Source: Verrucomicrobiia bacterium
GTDB taxonomy: Bacteria > Verrucomicrobiota > Verrucomicrobiia > Opitutales > Cerasicoccaceae
Assembly (NCBI GenBank): GCA_030432235.1
Contig: JAUIHT010000002.1
Location: 249,136 to 313,135, forward strand
Reading direction: 5' to 3'
Length of the DNA stretch: 64,000 nt
Part shown: positions 45,254-56,500 of the stretch, piece by piece
How the letters are laid out: every line of letters begins with the position of its first letter
Position numbering within the stretch: position 1 is the first letter of the stretch
Translations under genes and position numbers: made by a program
Notes under the pieces: model-generated
What the model was told of the DNA's origin: nothing
Seen by the model: the letters and a program-made list of their open reading frames with translations, nothing else
Databases searched by the model: none

Positions 45254-47353
45254 ATGAGGCCTTTCATCTACTGCGTGTGCCTGTTATTCGCCTGCACGTT
45301 GACTGCCCAGGACAAGCCGCTGGATATGTCCAAGCCGGTCACCGTGGAGGATAATCCCGGCACCCACGAGGAAGTAACGCGCGTGGCAAAATCCAAAGGC
45401 GCGCTCTCAGAAGGGTTCCGTAATGCACCGCCCCTCTACATTCCCAGTGCCGATAGCCCGCAAACCAGCATCCGCAACTTCCAGGAGCTGACACGCGGCA
45501 TCGAAGAGGTATTCGAAAAGGGCAGCTACTATGGCGATGTCAACTGGGAGCAGGAAGAGGAGCTCATCGACCTGTACGACAAGCTCGTTTTCCTCTTGGA
45601 CACGAGCGAGCTCCCCAAGGACGACGCCTACGCCCGCGATAATATCATCGCCTCCCAGATTTCTGAAATCCTGGACCGCATCTACCTGCCGCCCCTGGAA
45701 AAAATCCCCAACGCGGATGCGGTAGAAGCAGACGAAATGAAATACTGGCGTATCCCCGAAACGGAAATATCCCTAAGCGTCATCGAAGAGGGGCCGCGCA
45801 AAGGTGACTGGGTCTTTTCCGCCGATACCGTAGAAAAAGCGGACAAGTTCTACGAGCGTGCCCAGCTCGCGCCTTACCGCAAAGATGCCAATGTCGGCGA
45901 GATTGGTTCCGGCGGCGGCATTCTGGATCACTATATCAACTATACCGGGCCGCTCCTACCCGTAAACTTCACTGACCATATTCCGAAATGGATGCGCGCA
46001 AAGCTGTTCGGCGACCCATTATGGAAATACTTCGGCAGCTTCCTCATCTTAGCCGCTCTCCTGCTCATCTTCATTATCGTCAAGATCCTGACCCGCTATC
46101 GCTCTGACAAGGAAGACAGCCCCAATCACATAGGCTTGCAGATTCGAAGGCTCGTTTTGCCCGTCGTCATGGCATTCCTGCTGCCCCTCACCATTCATCT
46201 GATTACAGTGGATGTGCGCCTGCGGCTGATCCCTCTGGATGTTACCGATGATATCCTCTGGGGCCTCTTCTACATCACTTCATTCTGGATTTGCGTCTGC
46301 GTGGGCAACCTGATTTCGGCCATCATCATATCGTCGCCGGAAATCAGTCCCTTTGGGCTCGATGCCAGCCTGGTGCGGCTGTGTACCCGGATTATCGCCT
46401 ACCTCATCGGTTTCTACATCATCTTCGAAGGCTTCAAGGATCTTGGGCTTTCCCTCGTGCCACTCCTCGCCGGGGTCAGTATAAGCGGCTTGGCCTTCGC
46501 CCTGGCCGCACGGCCGACTCTGGGCAACTTTCTGGGGGGCGCGCTCATCTTCGCGGACAAGCCCTTCGTCATCGGAGAGCGAGTGGTGATTGGCAAGTAC
46601 GACGGCATCATCGAGGAAATCGGCCTGCGCTCCACCCGCATCCGCACTCTCGACGGCCATCTGCTGACCGTGCCCAACGAAGAAGTCTCCAGCTCCTTCA
46701 TCGAGAATATCGGCAAGCGTCCCTACATCAAACGCATGCTCAACGTCACCCTCACCTACGATACGCCCCCGGAAAAGATCAAGCAGGCCATCGAAATCGT
46801 CCGCGGGCTGCTTTCCGTGGAGGAAGACGGCGGCAAGGACGACGAGGAGCTGGGCCGCCCGCCCAACACCCGCATCAATACCGAGGATTTCCCGCCCCGC
46901 GTCTTTTTCAACGACCTCAACGCCGATTCGCTGAACCTCCTGGTCATTTACTGGTACCATCCCCCGGATTACATGGAATACCTCGACTACTGCACCTGGT
47001 TCAACATCCAGCTCATCGAACGCTTCAACCGGGCCGGCATCGACTTCGCCTTCCCCACCCAGACCATCGACCTCAAACAACACAGCGACCAAGCGCCCGA
47101 TGCTCAAACCGGGGAAATCGTCGACGACCTCATCGCCCACCCCGGTCTTTACCGGACCGCCGTGAAGCCGGAAGACGACGAACAAAAGGACGAGCAGGAC
47201 AAGAGCGCTGCGGAAGACACTGACAAGGAGGAAACGCCGGATGAAACCATCGAAAGGCTCGCCGGTTCCCGCGACGACGAATCCAAGGAAGAGAAAGAAC
47301 TCAAGGAAGCCGTAGAGAAAAAGGCCGCGGAAGAGGGCTCCAAGGCTCCTTGA
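45254..47353 (+). CDS. large mechanosensitive channel, MscS family, with periplasmic N-domain and acidic C-tail
   Basis: Start was set to MRPFIYCV at 45254 (signal peptide). Five to six TMs, then the MscS pore and beta domain (LAGVSISGLAFALAARPTLGNFLGGALIFADKPFVIGERVVI), then an Asp/Glu/Lys-rich C-terminal extension. Confidence 0.85.
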   Translation: MRPFIYCVCLLFACTLTAQDKPLDMSKPVTVEDNPGTHEEVTRVAKSKGALSEGFRNAPPLYIPSADSPQTSIRNFQELTRGIEEVFEKGSYYGDVNWEQEEELIDLYDKLVFLLDTSELPKDDAYARDNIIASQISEILDRIYLPPLEKIPNADAVEADEMKYWRIPETEISLSVIEEGPRKGDWVFSADTVEKADKFYERAQLAPYRKDANVGEIGSGGGILDHYINYTGPLLPVNFTDHIPKWMRAKLFGDPLWKYFGSFLILAALLLIFIIVKILTRYRSDKEDSPNHIGLQIRRLVLPVVMAFLLPLTIHLITVDVRLRLIPLDVTDDILWGLFYITSFWICVCVGNLISAIIISSPEISPFGLDASLVRLCTRIIAYLIGFYIIFEGFKDLGLSLVPLLAGVSISGLAFALAARPTLGNFLGGALIFADKPFVIGERVVIGKYDGIIEEIGLRSTRIRTLDGHLLTVPNEEVSSSFIENIGKRPYIKRMLNVTLTYDTPPEKIKQAIEIVRGLLSVEEDGGKDDEELGRPPNTRINTEDFPPRVFFNDLNADSLNLLVIYWYHPPDYMEYLDYCTWFNIQLIERFNRAGIDFAFPTQTIDLKQHSDQAPDAQTGEIVDDLIAHPGLYRTAVKPEDDEQKDEQDKSAAEDTDKEETPDETIERLAGSRDDESKEEKELKEAVEKKAAEEGSKAP

Positions 47354-47520
47354 CGCTTCAAAATGTGAGCTTATTTACTGATTTCTTAAAATCAGCTTGA
47401 CTAATGAACCGGGCTGCCTTGCTTATTTTCACCTTCCTCGTTCTGTTTTGAGCGTTCTTTTCTTAAAACGCTTGCCAGCCATCGGGAACACGTTTTCTTT
47501 CGACAGGCTTGCGCCCGTAG

Positions 47521-48594
<1,074 letters not shown>

Positions 48595-48633
48595 GGAAAC
48601 GCTGAAATTCTGAAAAAGCTGAAAAACTTTCAA

Positions 48634-48664
48634 GCCGTCGGGTCACCCCCGGCGGCTTTTTTTT
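48634..48664 (+). terminator. rho-independent terminator after gap
   Basis: GCCGTCGGG-tcacc-CCCGGCGGC stem followed by a run of eight T. Confidence 0.6.
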
Positions 48665-48764
48665 ATTCAAGAGTCAAAAGTCGAAAGCCTAAAGACGAAA
48701 GCAATGAGAATTCCCCATCGTCCAATATGAATCCGGCTTTTGACTTTCGTCTTTCGACTTCCAA

Positions 48765-49331
48765 TTACAGCCTCTGCCGGACGGCTTCGAACAAGCACAC
48801 GCCGGTGGCGACGGAGAGGTTTAGACAATCCATAGGCCCCATCATGGGGATGCGCACGAGGAAGTCGCACTTCTCGGCGATTTTCTCGCGCAGGCCGCGG
48901 GCTTCGGAGCCCATGACGATGCCGAGCGGGCCTTTAAGGTCGACCTCGTAGAGCAGCTTGGACTCCTCGTCGCCGGTGCCAACGAGCCAGAGACCGGCGT
49001 CCTTCAGCCGGGTGAGGAGCTGGTTGAGGTTGCCCACCTGGATATAAGGCACGTGGTCAGAGCCACCGGTGGAGATTTTGCGCACGGTCTCGGTCACGCC
49101 CACAGTGTGCTTGAGCGGCGCGAAGACAAAATCCACGCCCGCGGCGGCGGCGGAACGCAGGCAGGCCCCGAGATTGTGCGGGTCCTCCACGCGGTCGAGA
49201 ATGAGCACGAGCGGATTCTCCAACGCCTCGATGCGCGCGAGGGCCTCGCTCTCGTCCATGGGCTCGACGAGTTGCTTCTTGGAGACGTGGCGGTTTTCGC
49301 GTCCGCCGAGATTTCTACGTGAATTAGCCAT
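48765..49331 (-). CDS. TrmH/SpoU-family RNA 2'-O-methyltransferase (RlmB-like)
   Basis: SpoU motifs: LILDRVEDPHNLGACLRSA, GIVMGSEARGLRE and the C-terminal trefoil-knot region. Confidence 0.8.
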   Translation of the reverse strand: MANSRRNLGGRENRHVSKKQLVEPMDESEALARIEALENPLVLILDRVEDPHNLGACLRSAAAAGVDFVFAPLKHTVGVTETVRKISTGGSDHVPYIQVGNLNQLLTRLKDAGLWLVGTGDEESKLLYEVDLKGPLGIVMGSEARGLREKIAEKCDFLVRIPMMGPMDCLNLSVATGVCLFEAVRQRL

Positions 49332-49414
49332 GGAAAACGTTCAAACCACGGAAGACACGGAAAACACAGAAGAAAAGACTAAACGTAGATAATGCCGTGT
49401 CTTGGCAGTTTCCT

Positions 49415-50686
49415 CTAAAAACTAACGGCCAGGCGCTCGGTGGGTGCGGCAGGCGGCTCGGGGCGGGCGCGTCCGGGGCCGGGATAGTCAACATAGCCGA
49501 CGGCCTGGCGCAAGGCCTCGGCCAGGAGCATGGCGTTGCGGTGGCTGTCGAAATGCGTCTCCACCCAGTGGCGGGCAGCCTTGCGAATCTGCTCCGTCGC
49601 AGCGGGGTTCTCCTGTATTTCCCGGATGGCCGCGACCCAGGCCTGCGGTTTGGCCGTCGAAATCACCCAACCGGTGCGCCCGTGCGAGATAGCTTCGATG
49701 GTACCGGAGACCGGCGAAGTCAGGACCAGCAAACCGCTGGCCATGGCCTCGGGGATAACGTTGGGCAGGCCGTCGCGGTCACCATTGGCCGCCACGCGAC
49801 CAGTGAAGGCCATAATGTCGGCCCAGGCATACTCCTCCTGCACGGCCTCGTAGTCCAGCCAGCCGACGAAAGTCACCTCACGGCGCAGGCCGAGCTTTTC
49901 CCGGAGAGCAAGCAGTTCGTCCCGGAGCCTGCCGTCACCGATAATCCGCGCCTCGAAGGGCACACCGGCTTCCTTGAGAGCTTGGTAGATGTAGAGTTGG
50001 TCGTCGAAGCCCTTCTTTTCCACCATGCGCCCGACGGAAAGCAGGCGGATGGGCTTCATGGCCTGACGCAGGGGCTTAAACGCGGGAAAGTGATCCAAGC
50101 CACGGCGAATCAGCACCACCCGCTCGGGGTTCGCCTCCAGAGCAATCAGGCGGCGGCGGGTAGCCTCCGTGGTGGTATGGATGAGTCGGGCGCTGGCTAC
50201 CTTGGCAGGCAACAGGCAATCACCCCCATGCAGGAAGACGTCGTAGGCGTGCGCCCCCATGCTGTAAGGGATGCCGGTGAGCTTATGCAGCAGCCAGGCG
50301 GCCGTGGCGGGCATGGTGGCCCAGACGCCATGCAGCAGGTCGGGCTTATCTTTCTCGAAGCGCCGGGCCATCACCACCGCAAAGCCCAGCCCCATGAGCA
50401 ACTCGCCGAGGTTTTGCATGCAGCGGATGTCCTGCTGGTAGAGGCGTTGTAAAGTGCCGCGAACGACGTCCGGGCGGCGACATATCCAGTAAGGCAAGGC
50501 CCAGAGCAACCGCAGCAGGTAACGATGTCGAAAATGGTTTACCGTGTGGCCCTCCCAGGACTTCTTACCCTTCCACAGCGAGTGTATCTGAATATCGACG
50601 CCCTGCCGCGCCATCAGCCGCAGCTCGCGCTGGAGAAAGGTTTCCGACGCAACGGGAAACGTGGTAAACAGGTAAGTAATGCGCAT
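49415..50686 (-). CDS. glycosyltransferase family 1 (GT4-type)
   Basis: 423 aa. GT-B fold with the EAMASGLLVLTSPVSG (E-x7-E-like) donor-binding region. Confidence 0.85.
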   Translation of the reverse strand: MRITYLFTTFPVASETFLQRELRLMARQGVDIQIHSLWKGKKSWEGHTVNHFRHRYLLRLLWALPYWICRRPDVVRGTLQRLYQQDIRCMQNLGELLMGLGFAVVMARRFEKDKPDLLHGVWATMPATAAWLLHKLTGIPYSMGAHAYDVFLHGGDCLLPAKVASARLIHTTTEATRRRLIALEANPERVVLIRRGLDHFPAFKPLRQAMKPIRLLSVGRMVEKKGFDDQLYIYQALKEAGVPFEARIIGDGRLRDELLALREKLGLRREVTFVGWLDYEAVQEEYAWADIMAFTGRVAANGDRDGLPNVIPEAMASGLLVLTSPVSGTIEAISHGRTGWVISTAKPQAWVAAIREIQENPAATEQIRKAARHWVETHFDSHRNAMLLAEALRQAVGYVDYPGPGRARPEPPAAPTERLAVSF

Positions 50687-50713
50687 GGCGCGATCTTCCC
50701 TTTCTGGGATGCA

Positions 50714-51967
50714 CTAAATGTGCTGGAAGATCAATGATACATTTGCGCCGCCAAAGCCACTGCTGTTGGACATGGCGAGCGCAGGGCCCTTGTCTTCGGT
50801 TTCCTTGATAATGCGCAGGCCGGTCGCCTCGGGGTCGAGGGACATGATGTGCGCGGAACCGGGCATGAAATTGTGACGCAGGCCGAGGACAGTGAAGGCT
50901 GCCTCCATGATGCTGGCCAGGGAAAGGCCGTGGCCGGTCAGCGCTTTGGTGCTGCTGATGGCGGGACGGTCGCCGTTAAAGGTCTGCTTGAGCGCGCGGA
51001 TTTCCGACAGGTCGCCGATGGGTGTGGAAGGCGCGTGGGCGTTGATGTAGTTGATGTCCTTGAGGGAAACCTTGGCGCAGGCGGCGGCGCGGCGCATGGC
51101 ATTGGCCAGGCCGTCCCCGTCCGGGTGTGAAATGGCGACGTTGTAGCCGTCCGAGGCCTGTCCCCAGCCCACCATACGGGCGTAAATGGTCGCGCCGCGC
51201 TTGCGGGCCAGCTCCTCATCCTCCAGCACCATGACGACGGAACCGCCGGTGCCGACGAAACCGTCGCGGTCCTTGTCGAAGGGGCGCGAAGCGATTTCCG
51301 GATCCTTGCACTGGCTGAGGGCGCGCATCCCGGCGAAAGGCAGGATGCTCTCACGGTTGCCGTCTTCGCCACCAACGACGAACATGCGCTTCTGGCGGCC
51401 CAGGGTGATTTCGTCCCAGGCGTATCCCAAGGCGTGCCCGGAGGAAGCACAGGCGGAGACGAAGCCCGCCGAGGCGCCTTTGATGTGGTAGGCCGATGCG
51501 AGGTTGAAGGTCAGCGTGCCGACAATCGAATTAACGATGCCGAGGGGCGAGCATCGGTTGACCCCGTGGCGATTCATACGCTCCAAATGCGAATGCAGCA
51601 TCTTGGCCGAGCCCGCCGAAGCGGTGAAAATGCCAGTGTCTAGATTGGACACCTCCTCTTCGCTCAATCCGGCGTCCTCGATGGCCTGCTGCATGGCACA
51701 GTAGGCGAACAAACCGTGCGGAGCCAGCCCGCGCAATACTTCACGGCGAACGCGATACGCATCCGGATAGGTCCAGTCTTCCGGATCGCAACTGTTGACG
51801 GAAAAGTCCTTGACCGTGCCGGCCAGCTTGACGGGAGAGTCCGCCCCGGCAAAATCCGGAAAATAATCAATCCCGTGGCGCAACTCCCGCAGATTGTCGA
51901 GCACGGTCACCTGCTCGTTGCCGATACTGGTGACGAAACCGAGTCCCGTGATAGCTACTTGAGGCAT
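50714..51967 (-). CDS. beta-ketoacyl-ACP synthase (KAS I/II-type, Cys-His-His)
   Basis: Start at MPQVAITGLG (51967), preceded by AAGGAGACT. Active-site ACASSGHA (Cys), NAHAPST (His), TGHGLS (His). Confidence 0.85.
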   Translation of the reverse strand: MPQVAITGLGFVTSIGNEQVTVLDNLRELRHGIDYFPDFAGADSPVKLAGTVKDFSVNSCDPEDWTYPDAYRVRREVLRGLAPHGLFAYCAMQQAIEDAGLSEEEVSNLDTGIFTASAGSAKMLHSHLERMNRHGVNRCSPLGIVNSIVGTLTFNLASAYHIKGASAGFVSACASSGHALGYAWDEITLGRQKRMFVVGGEDGNRESILPFAGMRALSQCKDPEIASRPFDKDRDGFVGTGGSVVMVLEDEELARKRGATIYARMVGWGQASDGYNVAISHPDGDGLANAMRRAAACAKVSLKDINYINAHAPSTPIGDLSEIRALKQTFNGDRPAISSTKALTGHGLSLASIMEAAFTVLGLRHNFMPGSAHIMSLDPEATGLRIIKETEDKGPALAMSNSSGFGGANVSLIFQHI

Positions 51968-51996
51968 AGTCTCCTTGAATGAAAACGTGGCAACGA

Positions 51997-52878
51997 TCAG
52001 CCAGCGGAACCAGGACCCTCCTGAGCTACGCTTTCCGCCTCGCCACAAAAATCAAATATCAAGGAGATTTCTTCAGCAAAAGCAACCTTTTCCGTACCTG
52101 CCATGATGTGTCCTTCGAAGCTGGCAAGCGGATGACGAATCCGTTTGGGCTTGATGCTCAGCGTCAATTTGTCCCCCGGTTTGCAGAAGCGGGTACAGCG
52201 GATGCCGTCACAGGAACTGAAAAAGACCTTATCCTTATCCACCTGCTTGGGTAGACTTTCAGATTTTGTTTTAACCAGGTAAAGCACGGCAAGCTGTCCT
52301 AATGCCTCTAGCATGATAGATGCCGGAAAAACCGGATTACCTTTAAAATGCCCTTCGAGGAAAAATTCATCCCCCGCGATGCGATAGGTGCCTCGGGCTT
52401 CGCTCTGGCGCAGGGTGGCATCCTGCAGAAACAGGAAAGGCGGGCCATGGGGAAGATCCTGATAGATTTCTTCTATAGGGATGTGGAGGGCCTTTTCGGG
52501 CAGTGGCAGGCCCTTCAGCTTGCAATCAATGAATATTTTGACGTCCCCAACGGTGCGGAGGTCGCGCAACTCGTTGTTGTCAATGGAGATGTCCAAGGTT
52601 TCCTCCACCAGCATGATAACCTCGACCAGAGTCAGGGAATCGACCCCAAGGTCCTCAAAGATGCGCAATTCGTCAGCGCCGTTTTTCAGACGCGGGCGGA
52701 TATCCGGCTCCAGGAAGCGCTCGATAATACCGAGGATAACGACCGGAATCAGGTCTGTGTTTCCCGTACGTCGGTAGGACAAGGCTGCCTCAATCGACTC
52801 TGGAGAGCAGCGCTTGAGGGAATCTTTGATAAGTTCCTCTTCCTCGGGAGTGAGGTTTTTCACTGTAGAATCAGCCAT
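51997..52878 (-). CDS. acyl-carrier-protein domain fused to FabA/FabZ-type hotdog dehydratase
   Basis: N-terminal ACP with phosphopantetheine site LGVDSLTLVEV. C-terminal hotdog with FFLEGHFKGNPVFPASIMLEALGQ (FabZ catalytic His motif). Start was set to MADSTVKNL at 52878. Confidence 0.7.
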   Translation of the reverse strand: MADSTVKNLTPEEEELIKDSLKRCSPESIEAALSYRRTGNTDLIPVVILGIIERFLEPDIRPRLKNGADELRIFEDLGVDSLTLVEVIMLVEETLDISIDNNELRDLRTVGDVKIFIDCKLKGLPLPEKALHIPIEEIYQDLPHGPPFLFLQDATLRQSEARGTYRIAGDEFFLEGHFKGNPVFPASIMLEALGQLAVLYLVKTKSESLPKQVDKDKVFFSSCDGIRCTRFCKPGDKLTLSIKPKRIRHPLASFEGHIMAGTEKVAFAEEISLIFDFCGEAESVAQEGPGSAG

Positions 52879-53048
52879 GCGTAATCTCTCATAAAGGGCA
52901 TCGTATCTGGGAATGTAAACCTCTTTTTTAAGGGGCAATTCGAATAGTCTGCCAGCAAACAGGATGGTAAATTGCAGTGGAAGCCCTGTCTACCAACGGG
53001 TGAGAATAGGATTAAATCGGCACCGGTTAGCATTTTCGATGCCGGGTC

Positions 53049-53846
53049 CTATTTTCGTTGAGCCGCATCACGCCAGGCAGCTGGATTACAGCCTAAGTTG
53101 CGGCGAAAAGCGCGGGAAAAGCTATCCGGATCCGCATAACCGCAATGGCTGGCCACCACCGCTACCGGGGCGGTGGTCGAAACGAGCAACTGGCAGGCAG
53201 CCTCCAGACGCAGCTCCTGCAGGCGCTTGCCGGGCGAGGTGCCGTAACGTTGGCGGTAGTTACGCGTGAAGTGCTCGCGGCTCATGCCACTGGCACTGGC
53301 AACCTCACTGACGGTAATAGGGAGCCGGAAGCGCGTCTGCATGTAGTCTTCGGCAAAAGCAATGGAATCGCGCTCAAGGGGGACCATAAGCGCATCACGG
53401 GACAGCGCCATAAAAAAACCGTAAGCCAGCGAGGACTCATGATAGACGTCCTGGAACTTGCGGCTGCGCATTCGCTCAAAGCATTCTTTGAAGAGCCGAT
53501 CGCTTTCCGTTCCACGCGCCAGGCTCACGACCGGCCCAACGCGTTCCTTGATTGCCTGCATCGCCGAAACCGCCAACTCACCCTCGAAACTGAGAAACTC
53601 GTGCCGGTAGAGCTCCGTTGCATCCGCTGGATAACCGTAGCTGGAGTTTTCGCCATGGATAAAAAGCATCGCTTTGCCAACTCCGGCGCGGTATTCGATA
53701 CCTTCTACTTCGATGAAGCCCTCCCCTTTCAGTGTCCGTTGCACCACCGCCAAACACGGCCCAGGACGATCACGATTCTGATGGAAGTAGCGTTCCGATT
53801 GTCGCTCCTCCATCTGTCCCCAGCTGCACCTGATCAAAGCATCCAT
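53049..53846 (-). CDS. AraC-family transcriptional regulator
   Basis: C-terminal dual HTH (VSEVASASGMSREHFTRNYRQRYGTSPGKRLQELRLEAACQLL), N-terminal cupin-like sensor domain. Divergent from the GH4 gene. Confidence 0.85.
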   Translation of the reverse strand: MDALIRCSWGQMEERQSERYFHQNRDRPGPCLAVVQRTLKGEGFIEVEGIEYRAGVGKAMLFIHGENSSYGYPADATELYRHEFLSFEGELAVSAMQAIKERVGPVVSLARGTESDRLFKECFERMRSRKFQDVYHESSLAYGFFMALSRDALMVPLERDSIAFAEDYMQTRFRLPITVSEVASASGMSREHFTRNYRQRYGTSPGKRLQELRLEAACQLLVSTTAPVAVVASHCGYADPDSFSRAFRRNLGCNPAAWRDAAQRK

Positions 53847-53973
53847 ATTTGGCCCTAATCACAAATATCCGGTTAATTATCATAAATATCAATTGGTAAA
53901 TCGATAAATTTATCAGAATAATAGGCAATAATTCCAATCTCCGGATTCACCAAAATCACAAATAGTCACATTC

Positions 53974-56127
53974 ATGCCTTGTAAAATTACCCTCATCGGC
54001 GCCGGCTCAGTCGTCTTTGCCAAGACTCTAATCGGCGACATCCTGCAATTCCCCGAACTCTCGGATGCCCACATCTGCCTGATGGACATCAGCCCGGCGC
54101 GATTGAAGGTTGCCGACATCATGATGAAAAAGATCGTGGCGAAGCTGGGCGTGAAGGCGCGTGTCGAATCCACCAGCGATCAGCGCAAGGCCATCAAAGG
54201 AGCCAAATACGTCATCTGCACCGTCCAGGTGGGCGGCTACCAGCCCTCCACCCGGCGCGACTTCGACATCCCGAAGAAGTACGGGCTGGAGCAAACCATC
54301 GCCGACACCCTCGGCGTCGGCGGCGTCTTCCGCGGCCTGCGGACCATCCCCGTCATCAACAGCATCGCGCAGGACATCGCCGATCATGCGCACCCCGACT
54401 GTCTTTTCCTGAACTATTCCAACCCCATGGCCATGAACTGCTGGGCGGTGGACGAAGGCGTGGGCATCCCGCACGTAGGCCTGTGCCACTCGGTCTTCGG
54501 TACTGCCATGATGCTGGCCAGCCATGCCGGCCTGCCCTACGAGGACGTCAGCTACCTGGTGGCCGGCGTCAACCACATGGCCTTCTTCCTCAAGTTCCAG
54601 TACCGGGGTCAGGACGCCTATCCGCTGCTCTTCAAGGTGCTCGAGGATCCCGAACGCAATTACGAACTGGTCCGCTACGAAATGATGCGCCGCACCGGCT
54701 ACTTCGTCACCGAGTCCAGCGAGCACCAGAGCGAGTACCTGCCCTACTTCATCCACCACGGCAAAAAGGTCATCGATAAATTCTGCATCCCCATCGACGA
54801 GTACCTGCGCCGCTGCGAAGCCATCATTTCCACCTGGCAGCAAACCGAAGACACCCTTCTGGGCAAGGACCGCGACATCGACGTGTCTCCACAGTCCCAC
54901 GAATACGGCTCCTACATCATTCACTCACGGGAAACCGACACCCTGCGCACCGTCTATGGCAACGTCCCCAATGACGGCCTCATCGACAACCTCACCCAGG
55001 GCTGCTGCGTGGAAGTGCCCTGCCAGGTGGATGCCACCGGCCTGAATCCTCTGAAGATCGGCGCCCTCCCCGAGCAGCTAGCGGCCCTCTGCATGACCAA
55101 CGTCAACGTCCAGCGCCTGACCGTCGAGGCCGCCCTGACAAAGAAGCGCGAGCACATCTACCACGCCGTCATGGCAGATCCCCACGCCTCTTCGACCCTC
55201 ACCCTCGACCAGATCTGGTCCATGTGCGACGAGCTCATCGAGGCCCACCAGAAGGACGGTTATCTGGGCGAGTTCGCCCCCACCATTAAGGATACCGGAC
55301 GCAGTTATGCCGGTGTCGGCGACCGGGTCATTGCCAAGGTCAAAACCAAAGGCGAGCAACTCCACAAAGCGGGCAACAAGTTCACGGTCATCGTCGAGGT
55401 CGAGAATCCGGGCGAAAAAGATATCAGCGTGCCGCTGCTGCTCAGCTCAAGCAACCCGCAGCTCAAGCTCGAAAAGAGCAAGCTCAAGATCGCCGTCAAG
55501 CGCCGCGCTACGGCCAAAGTACAAATTCAGGCCAAGGTGCTGGAAGTCATAGAAGAGCCGGTGAAACTGCAATTGGATACGGACGACTCCAACGTTCTGG
55601 CCATCGGCAACAAGCTGCTGCCACGACGCCTTCTGGAGAAGGCCGACGACGGCCTCTCCCACTTCAAGCTCCAACTGGCCGGATTCGACGCGGCCGTCGG
55701 CTCGCTCAAGCGCACGGACAAGCATCTGGAAGTCCGCATGCGCATAACCGACTCGGACATCAAGCCCAACGAAGCCGCGCCGCACAAGGGCTCGGTCGTC
55801 GAGCTGTTCTTTGCCAGCGAGGATAAGCCCGTCATCAAGCAGGTCTTTGCCATCCCCGGCAAGAAGTCCGGCGTGCAACTGGTCTACCGTGGCCACAACA
55901 AGATTCCGGGCGCAAGCGTCACGGCGAAGAGAAGCAAAATCGACTACAGCTTCACCGCCAAGATTCCGCTCTCCGAAATCGGCGTGGCGAAGAAGGGGCC
56001 GTTCCTCTTCGATGTGCTCTGCACCCTGTCAGCCCTGGGCGACGCCCACTCGGGCGGCCGTTGCTCCCTCGGCAACAACTTCGGCAGCTTCCTCAAGACG
56101 GAGCACTACCACCAGGTTAATCCCTGA
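53974..56127 (+). CDS. glycoside hydrolase family 4 (alpha-galactosidase/MelA-like) with about 270-aa C-terminal extension
   Basis: N-terminal NAD Rossmann motif (KITLIGAGSVVF), GH4 catalytic region (Cys in NYSNPMAMNCWA, His in GLCHSVF). Residues after about 450 have no recognisable motif. Confidence 0.8.
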   Translation: MPCKITLIGAGSVVFAKTLIGDILQFPELSDAHICLMDISPARLKVADIMMKKIVAKLGVKARVESTSDQRKAIKGAKYVICTVQVGGYQPSTRRDFDIPKKYGLEQTIADTLGVGGVFRGLRTIPVINSIAQDIADHAHPDCLFLNYSNPMAMNCWAVDEGVGIPHVGLCHSVFGTAMMLASHAGLPYEDVSYLVAGVNHMAFFLKFQYRGQDAYPLLFKVLEDPERNYELVRYEMMRRTGYFVTESSEHQSEYLPYFIHHGKKVIDKFCIPIDEYLRRCEAIISTWQQTEDTLLGKDRDIDVSPQSHEYGSYIIHSRETDTLRTVYGNVPNDGLIDNLTQGCCVEVPCQVDATGLNPLKIGALPEQLAALCMTNVNVQRLTVEAALTKKREHIYHAVMADPHASSTLTLDQIWSMCDELIEAHQKDGYLGEFAPTIKDTGRSYAGVGDRVIAKVKTKGEQLHKAGNKFTVIVEVENPGEKDISVPLLLSSSNPQLKLEKSKLKIAVKRRATAKVQIQAKVLEVIEEPVKLQLDTDDSNVLAIGNKLLPRRLLEKADDGLSHFKLQLAGFDAAVGSLKRTDKHLEVRMRITDSDIKPNEAAPHKGSVVELFFASEDKPVIKQVFAIPGKKSGVQLVYRGHNKIPGASVTAKRSKIDYSFTAKIPLSEIGVAKKGPFLFDVLCTLSALGDAHSGGRCSLGNNFGSFLKTEHYHQVNP

Positions 56128-56154
56128 GCGCCCCCAACACTCTCTCACAAAAAA

Positions 56155-56181
56155 GCACCGGCGAAATCCGGTGCTTTTTTT
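56155..56181. terminator. bidirectional rho-independent terminator
   Basis: GCACCGG-cgaaat-CCGGTGC stem flanked by AAAAAA and TTTTTTT. Confidence 0.6.
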
Positions 56182-56198
56182 GGAAAGTCGACACTTAC

Positions 56199-56492
56199 TC
56201 AGCTCTTGGCGCCCTCACGGCGACGGTGGAGTTGGTCAGCCAGCGTCACGTGGAACAGGCAGGCACCCATGAAGAAGAAGCCCCCCATTACCAGCGAAGC
56301 ATAGGCCGTCCAGAACAGCTTCCACGCCGGGTCGTAGACCGGCACGTGCGGCGGAATGACCACAAAGAAGAAGAACAGGAACATCACCCCGGCAAAGGCC
56401 AGGTCGAACAAAAAGGCGACGGGTGAAATCAGCTTGCGGTTTTCAGGCTCCATAATCGGGGAGAAGCTTTTGCCGATCAGGCCCGCCGTCAA
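56199..56492 (-). CDS. hypothetical small membrane protein
   Basis: 97 aa with two hydrophobic helices, downstream of the pseudopilin gene. No known motif. Confidence 0.3.
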   Translation of the reverse strand: MTAGLIGKSFSPIMEPENRKLISPVAFLFDLAFAGVMFLFFFFVVIPPHVPVYDPAWKLFWTAYASLVMGGFFFMGACLFHVTLADQLHRRREGAKS

Positions 56493-56500
56493 AGCAAAAA

